Virus record (IMG/VR): IMGVR_UViG_3300021091_003726
Span: 1 to 64,000 of that record
Origin: a virus
Strand: one strand, 5' to 3'
Length of the DNA: 64,000 nucleotides
How positions within the stretch are numbered: the first letter of the stretch is position 1; every line of letters begins with the position of its first letter. Positions 18,668 to 27,262 of the stretch are shown one piece after another. A model generated the notes under the pieces. The model saw only the letters and a program-made list of their open reading frames with translations, was not told the origin of the DNA and searched no databases. Made by a program: the position numbers and the translations under genes.

Positions 18668-20130
18668 TAATGAAAATCCTTACCACTTAATAGCTCATCA
18701 AGTAGTGAGTCGGATGAAGTGTATGAATTATCTGTTACTGGTTCATATTCTTCATATGTTTTTTTATAATCTATATATTTAACCAATGGTGGATCGTGCA
18801 GAAATGAAGATCCAGTGATTCTGTTTTTGGGTATCTGGAGCTGCATAATATTTTCATCTTCCGTCTCATCATCTGTTGCTAGTCTTTTTTCGGTTAAGAA
18901 TATAGTAACCGCACATTTTTGTTGAATAGTTAATGATCCACCAGTATCAGACTGCTGAACCACTTCGCGTTTTTCTTTCATTCTATTTGCGTTTTCTTGT
19001 GCCGTGATGATAAGTGCGCAATTCATATCTCTAGCTAATTTTTCTAAACGAACCATCATCTCTTCAAATTCACCCCATCTTGGCTTACCCTTGCCCCTAG
19101 TAAACATAGATTGTATGGTGTCAATTATAACAATGTCTGGCATCATAGAATTTTGTCCTATTATATCTCTTAGCCAAAATTCTAGGTCTTCAAAATATGG
19201 AGTATCCGGATCATGTCTAACCATCAATCTGTTTCCCCAGCTAGAAAGTTTTGTTTTAAATATTTCTAAATATTTAGATTTTTCTTCTTCAGACCATTTA
19301 GATAGTTCTAAGTATACGTTTTTTTCTATTATCTGCGTCATTAGAATTCTTTCCCAATGCCCAATAGCCTCTTCAAAATTTATATAAAGAACTCTATACC
19401 CATTGTCTAGCCAGTTATTTGCTAGGCATTTTGCAAATGTGCTTTTACCCTTTCCTGAAGCGGCTATTATTGCATGGACTGCGCCTCTAAAGAAACCACC
19501 ATCATCCGTATATCCCATGGCTCTATTAAGAGCTTTAAACTGTGTTGGCAAGAAGTTTGGAATATCCAATAGAGAATCAACCCTATCAATTATATCAAGA
19601 CCAGTTATTACTTTATCTAGAGGGTTGTATTTAATTTGATTTTCTAGTTCTCTGATCTCTGATGTAAGAGTTTGAACTCGCGCAATATCTTCTTCGGTTT
19701 TAAGACCTTTTTGGGTAAGAATATTTTGTAGTTCTTGCAAATAATTAATTTGTTTTCTTTTGTTTGCCTTATGTCTAATTAATTCTGTTATAGCGTCAGG
19801 ACTAGATAATTCTATTGAATTAAGAATATCTAACATTATTGTAATTCCGGCATTGCCCCCCAATGCCTCGTATATATTAGAATCACTTTGTAGCCAAGAT
19901 TTAAAAGCTATAGGATTAACTATATTTAAATTAGTCGCCTTATAAAAAGACAAAAGAGCTACATAAAATTCATTAATTCCTTTTTCTCCGTGGATTGTAC
20001 CAACTATTTGTTCTGGAAGATTTTCATAAAAGTATGATATGGCGCCCTCGTGCCTAATGGCTAATGCAAATATGTGATACTCTAAAGGTACAGAGTCTTT
20101 ACTTATTTCGCTTATTGGTTCCATTTTCAT
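18667..20130 (-). CDS. dnaB: DnaB-like replicative helicase
   Basis: Walker A AASGKGKST, YINFEE, IIDTIQ, LEKLARDMNCALIITAQENA, IPKNR. Confidence 0.85.
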   Translation of the reverse strand: MKMEPISEISKDSVPLEYHIFALAIRHEGAISYFYENLPEQIVGTIHGEKGINEFYVALLSFYKATNLNIVNPIAFKSWLQSDSNIYEALGGNAGITIMLDILNSIELSSPDAITELIRHKANKRKQINYLQELQNILTQKGLKTEEDIARVQTLTSEIRELENQIKYNPLDKVITGLDIIDRVDSLLDIPNFLPTQFKALNRAMGYTDDGGFFRGAVHAIIAASGKGKSTFAKCLANNWLDNGYRVLYINFEEAIGHWERILMTQIIEKNVYLELSKWSEEEKSKYLEIFKTKLSSWGNRLMVRHDPDTPYFEDLEFWLRDIIGQNSMMPDIVIIDTIQSMFTRGKGKPRWGEFEEMMVRLEKLARDMNCALIITAQENANRMKEKREVVQQSDTGGSLTIQQKCAVTIFLTEKRLATDDETEDENIMQLQIPKNRITGSSFLHDPPLVKYIDYKKTYEEYEPVTDNSYTSSDSLLDELLSGKDFH

Positions 20131-20764
20131 TTCTTTTTTGTTTTGCTAATCTATATGCTTTTTTTCTATACTCAGAATTCTTCTTCTTAACCATTTTATA
20201 GGCTGTTGTGTTCACAACTTTACTTTTAGGTTTATCTTTTGGAACAAATGGACTATGTCTAATTGCTTCCATAATTCTTTCAAAAACAGATTCTTCTGTT
20301 AACTTATCATTATATCTAAAAACAACAAGTGCAATTCCGTTCTGCTTACAAAATTCCATTTTTTTAATGTCCCTTTGAATGGCTTCTTCAAATTCATATT
20401 TAGAATCAAAAAATCTTTGAGTATAAAAAAAATGTTGTCTACCATGATATTCGGCGGCAACTTCATAACTAGGACAATAAACATCTAATTTAAGTCTATC
20501 TCCAATATGAAATTCATTGATTATTTTTTCACCAGGTAATAGTTTTTGCATTATTGAAGTTAGTGCTGTTTGTCCTCTAGACATCTTTTTCTTAGAATTT
20601 TTTAACCAATTTAAACCCAATCTATTTATTTCTTTATTCAGTTTATTTATATTCCATCCAAGTTCTTTGGCTATTTCAGACAAAGACATAGATGTGTCAA
20701 ACAAAAGATCGGTTAAATGATCTAGCTCTTCGCTATCTTGAGGATAGCTATGCATATATTGCAC
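20099..20764 (-). CDS. HTH plus Vsr/DUF559-like endonuclease domain protein
   Basis: MSLSEIAKELGW HTH; LKLDVY...AAEYHGRQHF...RDIKK..C...GIAL. Confidence 0.7.
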   Translation of the reverse strand: MQYMHSYPQDSEELDHLTDLLFDTSMSLSEIAKELGWNINKLNKEINRLGLNWLKNSKKKMSRGQTALTSIMQKLLPGEKIINEFHIGDRLKLDVYCPSYEVAAEYHGRQHFFYTQRFFDSKYEFEEAIQRDIKKMEFCKQNGIALVVFRYNDKLTEESVFERIMEAIRHSPFVPKDKPKSKVVNTTAYKMVKKKNSEYRKKAYRLAKQKRNENGTNKRNK

Positions 20765-21395
20765 TTGTTGATTGCTGATTATTATCCTTTGTAAAATTTA
20801 AAGCCTTGCCTAAATCAATAATTGACATGTTTAATTCATTCCATATTTTGTGAGACAAAGCAAGCCCCAATGAACTACAGTCTAACAGGCAGTATTCAAC
20901 TTTATTATTTAATTTTGTTAATTGATCAAATATTTCATCATATTTTTTATACATACTTGCATATGATATGTTGATAATGTTTTCTTTTAATCCAAGTACG
21001 CTGGAAATTCTTTTTTGATCATGCAATGAAACAACTACTGAGGGTGTATTTTTGATATAAAAAGAAATAATAGAATCGAATACTGGTTTATTATTTTCAA
21101 AATAATATTCAAATGCGTTAGGGTAATGATAGTATGTTTCTTTATTTAATCCAATTGTAGAATACTTTCCATCATGGATTTCTTTCATTAAATCATATGA
21201 AACATTTTTCATTACTTTATCGCCAGAAATATTAATAGAACTGATTATTTCTTTAGAAATATTTGATGGAAATGATTTTTCATTTTTTTTATTTAAACCT
21301 ATAATTGAAGACTTGGATATATTAATGAAAGCAAATTTTTTATTACTGTTCATCAAACTAGTTAATTGAATAAGTGATTTATTTATATTTTTCAT
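20748..21395 (-). CDS. Putative GT-D fold glycosyltransferase-like protein
   Basis: C-terminal LLDCSSLGLALSHKIW...IIDLGKAL resembles GT-D; next to a GT2 gene. Confidence 0.45.
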   Translation of the reverse strand: MKNINKSLIQLTSLMNSNKKFAFINISKSSIIGLNKKNEKSFPSNISKEIISSINISGDKVMKNVSYDLMKEIHDGKYSTIGLNKETYYHYPNAFEYYFENNKPVFDSIISFYIKNTPSVVVSLHDQKRISSVLGLKENIINISYASMYKKYDEIFDQLTKLNNKVEYCLLDCSSLGLALSHKIWNELNMSIIDLGKALNFTKDNNQQSTSAIYA

Positions 21396-21404
21396 ATTTA
21401 CTCC

Positions 21405-22118
21405 TTAAAGTCCAAAGTTTCCCCAGTTTATTAAGACTGGATTTTTATCTAATATAGAATTAATATGAGATAAATTATGATACTTACCGCCGTCTATCTC
21501 AGAATATCTCTTGTATTTTTTTTGTTTATCTTCATCAAAGATGTAACCCAAATGCTGCATTACAAGGCCTGAATTAACCCAAAAATTCCTTCTTTTAATC
21601 CACTCGTATACATATGTGGGTTCAGATCCACAAGCTAATGCTCTGTCATTAAATTGACCTTTAGATATAAATCTAAATATTCTTGAACTATTATTTGGGG
21701 CCCAAAATTTATCTACTCTATATTTTGTTTCATCCCACATGTGATAAAACCTCACATTTACTACATCATGTTCACTAGAATCTAAAATTGTTTTTATATC
21801 AACAGAATTAAGATCATCTAATCTATAAAGCATTTCGTCGCAGTCTATTGCTAATATCCAATCACCTGGATTGGCATGTTTTTCTAGATTAGACCAAGCC
21901 TCTGTTCTTAATCTTCCTTCATGAATAGCAAATGTTGGCTCTGCTGTTTGGTATACGTGAGCATAGTCTGATGCTATGCTCATCGTGTTGTCGTTTGAGC
22001 AGTCGTCAGTAAAAACAATTTCATCAACCTGACTTGAAATTCTGCTTAATACATTTTTTAAAAATCTATTTTCTTCATTTCTTCCGACTATTTGAGCAAT
22101 GATTTTTTGTTTAGACAT
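21405..22118 (-). CDS. Glycosyltransferase family 2
   Basis: GRNEE, DEIVFTDDCSNDNT, DWILAIDCDE, HLGY. Confidence 0.85.
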   Translation of the reverse strand: MSKQKIIAQIVGRNEENRFLKNVLSRISSQVDEIVFTDDCSNDNTMSIASDYAHVYQTAEPTFAIHEGRLRTEAWSNLEKHANPGDWILAIDCDEMLYRLDDLNSVDIKTILDSSEHDVVNVRFYHMWDETKYRVDKFWAPNNSSRIFRFISKGQFNDRALACGSEPTYVYEWIKRRNFWVNSGLVMQHLGYIFDEDKQKKYKRYSEIDGGKYHNLSHINSILDKNPVLINWGNFGL

Positions 22119-22132
22119 TTTTATCCCTAAAA

Positions 22133-22170
22133 ATAAAGGGGGTGATAGCTATTTAACTACCACCCCCTAT
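22133..22170 (-). terminator. Intrinsic terminator
   Basis: GGGGGTGGTAG...CTATCACCCCC stem followed by TTTATTTTT on the minus strand. Confidence 0.75.
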
Positions 22171-22180
22171 TCAATAATAA

Positions 22181-22375
22181 TTAGTTTTGTGTTTGTTCTC
22201 TTGCCTCAACAGCTGTAATGCGCTGAACATCAACATCTTTGAACAAAAGCTCTCCACGAGTTCCAGTCAACTTGCGCGAATTGCCAGATGCAATCTTCTG
22301 TGCCTCAGCCACAGTAGGTGCCTTAACAATTGAAGTTGTTGTAATTGTGAAGTATTTGAATTTATTTTCAGACAC
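22181..22375 (-). CDS. Small protein with its own promoter, SD and terminator
   Basis: GTG start, GAAAGGAA SD, upstream TTGCGT...TAATAT. Confidence 0.7.
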   Translation of the reverse strand: MSENKFKYFTITTTSIVKAPTVAEAQKIASGNSRKLTGTRGELLFKDVDVQRITAVEAREQTQN

Positions 22376-22482
22376 TAGTTTTCCTTTCGGCTATTTGTTT
22401 TGTTGGTTTGTATTGCACTTATATATTACATCTTAATGTGTGGTTAACGCAAGTTCTTCTAATGAAATTTTATAATAATTTT

Positions 22483-23052
22483 TTAAATAATCGATGCTTT
22501 TAATTTATTTCTATAAAAAAAGGCTGAGATTATTTTTTGTCCACTAACTATTATTTCACTTCTATGATTTAATTTAGATAAAAATAATACTAAAGAATTT
22601 TTTTTGGGCTTGAACGTAATGCTTAAATCTGGAAAAGATAAATTTCCACCCTCGTAATCTTCATTCATATAATAAACACAACTATATTCCATTGGTTCTT
22701 TATCATTATGAAAATCATTGTGATTCATTTGATAATCTCCTTTTTTGTAAATATTTATACAACCTAGATAGGGAGTGTCTTGCCAATGACAATAGTGAGA
22801 GCCACCCCAAATCCCCTCCACTGCATTTTGTGTTTGTTTTTGTAAAGAAATAAAAGTATCTTTTATCTCTGGTAGATTATTATCTACCATGATATAACTC
22901 ATTTTGTATGCGTTTGGTGAGTTAATATCTAAATTATTTTCATATCTTTGAAAATTTAATTTGTTTTTATTATTTGTAATAAAACTATAAATTGTGTCAT
23001 GTAAAGGAAAAAAATTATTTATACAAAAAATGTTTTCATTAATTTTTTTCAC
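22483..23052 (-). CDS. 2OG-Fe(II) oxygenase
   Basis: HND...YSCVYYMNEDYEGGNLSF...H. Confidence 0.8.
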   Translation of the reverse strand: MKKINENIFCINNFFPLHDTIYSFITNNKNKLNFQRYENNLDINSPNAYKMSYIMVDNNLPEIKDTFISLQKQTQNAVEGIWGGSHYCHWQDTPYLGCINIYKKGDYQMNHNDFHNDKEPMEYSCVYYMNEDYEGGNLSFPDLSITFKPKKNSLVLFLSKLNHRSEIIVSGQKIISAFFYRNKLKASII

Positions 23053-23491
23053 TAGATAATTCCTTAATTGGCCAAAAGTAGCTATCTGGATAAAACTCTT
23101 TATAATACTCTATGTCAGATTCGTCTACAAAGTACTTGCAATAATGTTCCCAATTTTTTTTCAATAGATTAGATCTGTGAGATTTATGTACGCGTTCGTC
23201 ACCCAGCCAATGCGGCATTTTTGCTTCAGTCAATATTGTTTCAAAAGACATATTATTTTTGTATCCTCTTTTTATCCATTCTGTGAGAGTAAAATTTTGA
23301 TAGGTTTGCAGAGCAGCCTCGTAGCCTCTCCACATTCTAGTAACTGGATGATTTCGCCAACCTTTTGTTTGAGTACGTTCAAGTAGTATATTTAAAACCT
23401 GAAAAGTTTCTACTCTTTGTTTTCCTAAACGTTTTGAATCTAAGACAGAAACTGATTTTTGAAAATCAGCGTAGGGTAAAAATGTTTGCAT
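23039..23491 (-). CDS. MSMEG_6728 family / pyrimidine-dimer DNA glycosylase-like protein
   Basis: MQTFLPY...LDSKRLGKQRVE...HPVTRMWRG...EWIKRGY...SHRSNLLKK. Confidence 0.85.
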   Translation of the reverse strand: MQTFLPYADFQKSVSVLDSKRLGKQRVETFQVLNILLERTQTKGWRNHPVTRMWRGYEAALQTYQNFTLTEWIKRGYKNNMSFETILTEAKMPHWLGDERVHKSHRSNLLKKNWEHYCKYFVDESDIEYYKEFYPDSYFWPIKELSSEKN

Positions 23492-23495
23492 TAAT

Positions 23496-23759
23496 TTAAT
23501 CCAATTCTAAAGGCATGACGATTATTGGAGTTTGATCGCCAATCCAAGCTCCAATGCAATTATACTCAATGTATTCTATCGCTTCTTCATGGCTCATGCC
23601 ATCTCTAGCTACGCAAACATCAATCATTTTTTCCCAAGAATAAACAGCCAGTAAAGGTTCATTTATTCTTTGTGACAAACCAATTAATGCCTCATCAAAA
23701 TTATCCATTAAAACGACACTTTTTTTTATGTCATTTAAATATTGATTTAGTTTTCCCAT
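23496..23759 (-). CDS. Conserved phage hypothetical protein
   Basis: FDEALIG...AVYS...EEAIEYIEYN..GAW.G..TP. Confidence 0.75.
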   Translation of the reverse strand: MGKLNQYLNDIKKSVVLMDNFDEALIGLSQRINEPLLAVYSWEKMIDVCVARDGMSHEEAIEYIEYNCIGAWIGDQTPIIVMPLELD

Positions 23760-24658
23760 TTAATTGTAAATTTTTCTTTAAATTCTTTTCTAGTATAGGG
23801 GAATGGAATAACGTGTCCAGCATTTAAATGTAAGTTTTCAATAACATTTTCTGAATCATCTTCAAAAACTGGTGTTCTAAAATATTTAGAATTTGTCCAT
23901 TCTTTTTCGATACGATCAGCCTCCATATCAAGCCATTTAGTGCCTAGTCTTTCGTAAAGACGATTCCATTTTTTAGAACCTTCATAATTATGAAGAATAA
24001 AAGTTCTTACAATAAATTTTTGTCCATTTGTAATTGGTTCTACTGCGTGAAAATATGGATAAAAACTAGGAAAAACAATTACATCTCCTTTTTTAGGTTT
24101 GTAATAATTTATTGTAAAATTATTTTCATCGTAAAAAGAAATTTCTCCATCTTCGTAGTCGTCGTTTAAATATGCTACTACTGTAAATAAATGATGATCT
24201 TTTTTTGATTCCGTATCAAATTGATGTGCATCAGTGTGATAGAACATCGCTAATCTTTTTTCTAGTTCTGTTACTCCATGCATTACATAGTCTAATGGTG
24301 CACAATAAAGTTCATAACTATTACTTGTAATTTGATAATCTTTAATATCATATTTTAAATAACCAATATTTTTCCATTCATCTAGGTGTTCTTGTTCAAT
24401 TTTCATTATTGAATGTTTTAACTCAATTAACATATTATATTCTTTTTTATAAATTTGATTTATACTATCAAGATCAACATTATAAGTGTAGTTTGTTTTA
24501 GAAACAAAACCAGTTTCATTCCACGTTTCCCATTCATTTATAAATGAAGTTTTAATTTTTTCATCTTTAGTTTTTTTTAAAAAAGATAAAATTTCGTCTA
24601 CATTTGATAAATAATCTCTATATACGGAGACGTGGGGTATTAAGTCTATTTTTTTCAT
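23747..24658 (-). CDS. 2OG-Fe(II) oxygenase
   Basis: YHTD...YLNDDYEDGEISF...PKKGDVIVFPS..PYFHAV. Confidence 0.85.
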   Translation of the reverse strand: MKKIDLIPHVSVYRDYLSNVDEILSFLKKTKDEKIKTSFINEWETWNETGFVSKTNYTYNVDLDSINQIYKKEYNMLIELKHSIMKIEQEHLDEWKNIGYLKYDIKDYQITSNSYELYCAPLDYVMHGVTELEKRLAMFYHTDAHQFDTESKKDHHLFTVVAYLNDDYEDGEISFYDENNFTINYYKPKKGDVIVFPSFYPYFHAVEPITNGQKFIVRTFILHNYEGSKKWNRLYERLGTKWLDMEADRIEKEWTNSKYFRTPVFEDDSENVIENLHLNAGHVIPFPYTRKEFKEKFTIKWEN

Positions 24659-25047
24659 TTAAATTCTGTCCAAGTTTTGTCGCCAACACCAAAATATTCA
24701 CGAGCAAGACCCGCTGCAATTATATCGTTGTTCAGGCAGTTGCCCGCCTCATTCCAAACTCTTGCCAATACTCTTCCGTACTTTTCGTTTTTATTAATAA
24801 TAGTTTCAATTTTTACTTTATGGTTTGCTTTAGTAAGCCATTGATCAGTAAACTCCTTGGCAGCTAAGCCCATCTTCTTTTCTTCTAAGTTTGATGTTCG
24901 ACTTTCTGGAGTATTGACGCCATATAAACGTACCCTACCCTTTTTAAGCGTATCAAAGCCAAGATCGATAACAATATCAAATGTATCGCCATCAATTATC
25001 TTTTTTACTTCTGCGTTGTATATCCATGGATTTAATTTTTCTGACAT
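24655..25047 (-). CDS. Thermonuclease (SNase) family nuclease
   Basis: IIDGDTFD..IDLGF, VRLYGVNTPE, EKYGRVLA. Confidence 0.9.
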   Translation of the reverse strand: MSEKLNPWIYNAEVKKIIDGDTFDIVIDLGFDTLKKGRVRLYGVNTPESRTSNLEEKKMGLAAKEFTDQWLTKANHKVKIETIINKNEKYGRVLARVWNEAGNCLNNDIIAAGLAREYFGVGDKTWTEFK

Positions 25048-25048
25048 A

Positions 25049-25852
25049 TTAATCTCTTTCTATTCCTATAGTATCGCATGCTTTGCGAAATATTGATTGA
25101 CTAGTTTTGAATTTGGCGTCTGCATGGCTGTAACCTTCTCCCGGCTTAGGGGACGAAGCATGCCAGCTATGGCCAATTGATACAGAACCGTCATACACTA
25201 CATTATAGCCTAGATGTCTGGCAAAATACGAACACCAGGTTTCTTCATAGTAGTGGGGCGTGGGCAGAAAAGCCCCCACCGCATTTGGCACCAACTGTCT
25301 GTACTGCTGATTGTAGGTAAGGTTATTCCAGACGTATCTTCTGATGAAATATGCGGATCCAGAAACCGTAACGCATTTTACCCTATCTTTGTAGAGGCGG
25401 TCGGCCATATCCGGCTCCATCCAGCCCCTATGTTTTGGGGCCGTGTTGGTTCCAATAATTCCAGCATGCCTTATGAGGCCATATTCGTCTCTTTGCTTGG
25501 GTCCCAATATGTGTATGGTTGGGTCACTGTCAAAAATGTTTTTTATGCAATTTACATCATTATTTGTTAACCAAAAATCTGCATTTAAAAGTCCAATTAT
25601 TTCGCTAGACCCTCTTGCGGCCAATTGATTGCAGGCAGCAGAATAACCTATATTTTGATTTAGGCAGAGCCCGTCTATCTGATATTGAGAACTTTTATTT
25701 TTTAACCATTCAATTGTATTGTCTGTCGAACCATTATCTGCAAGATAAAGTTTCCAAAATTTATTTGCTATCGAAATATTTTTGTGCAGATGATCAAAAA
25801 GACGTTCGAGCAGTGCGCTAGTATTGTAATTTACAACACATAAATCAATCAT
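25049..25852 (-). CDS. Glycosyltransferase family 2
   Basis: VVNYN, DNGSTD, NIGYSAACN, LLNAD, VSGS, YYEE. Confidence 0.88.
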   Translation of the reverse strand: MIDLCVVNYNTSALLERLFDHLHKNISIANKFWKLYLADNGSTDNTIEWLKNKSSQYQIDGLCLNQNIGYSAACNQLAARGSSEIIGLLNADFWLTNNDVNCIKNIFDSDPTIHILGPKQRDEYGLIRHAGIIGTNTAPKHRGWMEPDMADRLYKDRVKCVTVSGSAYFIRRYVWNNLTYNQQYRQLVPNAVGAFLPTPHYYEETWCSYFARHLGYNVVYDGSVSIGHSWHASSPKPGEGYSHADAKFKTSQSIFRKACDTIGIERD

Positions 25853-25854
25853 TT

Positions 25855-26097
25855 TTACCAGTTATCATCCTCGTCATTAATTACTTTACTAATAAATTGA
25901 TTCTCATTAATAGATTTTACTGTTTCTTCCTTAAGGCGTAAAATATTTAATTTTTCTTTTTCATCTTTAACAATAGAAAAATAATGTGAAAGCGCATTTG
26001 ATATGTGCAACATTTCATCTATTGTTGTTACCAGATAAGTTTGACCTGATTCAAGTTTTATATTTATTTTTTTCTTTTCATTTATTTTTTTAGCCAT
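25855..26097 (-). CDS. Hypothetical protein
   Basis: 80-aa ORF within the operon. Confidence 0.65.
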   Translation of the reverse strand: MAKKINEKKKINIKLESGQTYLVTTIDEMLHISNALSHYFSIVKDEKEKLNILRLKEETVKSINENQFISKVINDEDDNW

Positions 26098-26102
26098 TAT
26101 TC

Positions 26103-26345
26103 CTACTTATTTTTATTTTTTACCTTTTTATCATCTAAATCAAAACCGCCAATTTTATCTAGATCATATCTATGAAGACATATGTTATCAGTATCTGGCT
26201 CAAATGTAACAAAAAATATGTTTTTATCTTTATCGGTTAACCCATCTGGAACTGGAGATTCAATAGCTATTTTGGAAGAAGAGCAGCCATAAACTTGACT
26301 ATGGTTTTTATATACTACAATATAATTCAATTTAGATGCCGGCAT
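26103..26345 (-). CDS. Hypothetical protein
   Basis: 80-aa ORF within the operon. Confidence 0.65.
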   Translation of the reverse strand: MPASKLNYIVVYKNHSQVYGCSSSKIAIESPVPDGLTDKDKNIFFVTFEPDTDNICLHRYDLDKIGGFDLDDKKVKNKNK

Positions 26346-26368
26346 TTGTATCTATCTTTGCTGTTTCT

Positions 26369-26539
26369 TCATAACAATGAAAATATAATTAAACCGAATA
26401 TTAACGGAATAGCAATTGCAAATGATACGGAAACGGCTCTTGTTCTTTTGTTCTTGGATGTTTGATTTAACATTTGCATAGCTATTGTCCAATTAAAACA
26501 AACCGTTAAAAGCAATGATAGTAGTAAATTCTTATACAT
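26369..26539 (-). CDS. Small two-TM membrane protein (56 aa)
   Basis: Hand translation MYKNLLLSLLLTVCFNWTIAMQMLNQTSKNKRTRAVSVSFAIAIPLIFGLIIFSLL. Confidence 0.55.
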   Translation of the reverse strand: MYKNLLLSLLLTVCFNWTIAMQMLNQTSKNKRTRAVSVSFAIAIPLIFGLIIFSLL

Positions 26540-27245
26540 AATTACCGACTAAACAGGAAAGTGAAACTGGAAAATGTGGACCTATAAGTTTCTGAACAGC
26601 TTTGGCATAGTCGCCAATCTCATGCTGCGCATCTTCTGATGATCTTTGATTTAAAAATAAAGCTATAGACTGCAGGCTGCATGACCATCTATAAACTACG
26701 TACATTCCGTAAGCTGCTAAAAATAAACGAGCTTGTTCTGGGGCCACTCCATTGCCCATTGCCATTTTATATAAAGCTTCTCCCTGTTCAATATGCTTCT
26801 TTAATTCTTCAGTCAAAATTGAACCAGTCCAAGGGTCTATGGGACCACCAGATCCTTGCTTTTTATTATCTGGAGCAAGTCTCCACTCTCCTGATTTTGG
26901 TACATAAAATTCAGGTTCCATTGTAATATATCTGCGTGAAGATTCATTCCATGAATCCATCGTGTGATCAGATCCAACAACATACTTCCAATGTTGTCTG
27001 GCAACTAAAAGAGGTGCCTTAAACTCAAAAGTGGCAAATGCATGTCTAAATGGTGACATATGATTTTCTCTTGCAAGAAAATTTATTAATCTAGCGTCAT
27101 CTTTTGACATTTCGGAACTCTCTTTTGCAAAAGATGCTCTAGCCGCATTTACAACAGAAAGATCAGATCCCATAACATCTACTAATCTAACATAGCCATT
27201 ATCTAAAACAGCTATAGATTTTTCTATATTATTAGTGTTTTCCAT
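26532..27245 (-). CDS. thyX: Flavin-dependent thymidylate synthase
   Basis: GSDLSVVNAARAS, HMSPF.H, APLLVARQ, WNESSRRY, PEQAR, AQHEI. Confidence 0.92.
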   Translation of the reverse strand: MENTNNIEKSIAVLDNGYVRLVDVMGSDLSVVNAARASFAKESSEMSKDDARLINFLARENHMSPFRHAFATFEFKAPLLVARQHWKYVVGSDHTMDSWNESSRRYITMEPEFYVPKSGEWRLAPDNKKQGSGGPIDPWTGSILTEELKKHIEQGEALYKMAMGNGVAPEQARLFLAAYGMYVVYRWSCSLQSIALFLNQRSSEDAQHEIGDYAKAVQKLIGPHFPVSLSCLVGNYV

Positions 27246-27252
27246 GAGATAT

Positions 27253-27261
27253 ATTATATCA
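27253..27261 (-). promoter_or_regulatory. Extended -10 promoter (TGATATAAT)
   Basis: 7 nt upstream of the thyX ATG. Confidence 0.55.
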
Positions 27262-27262
27262 T

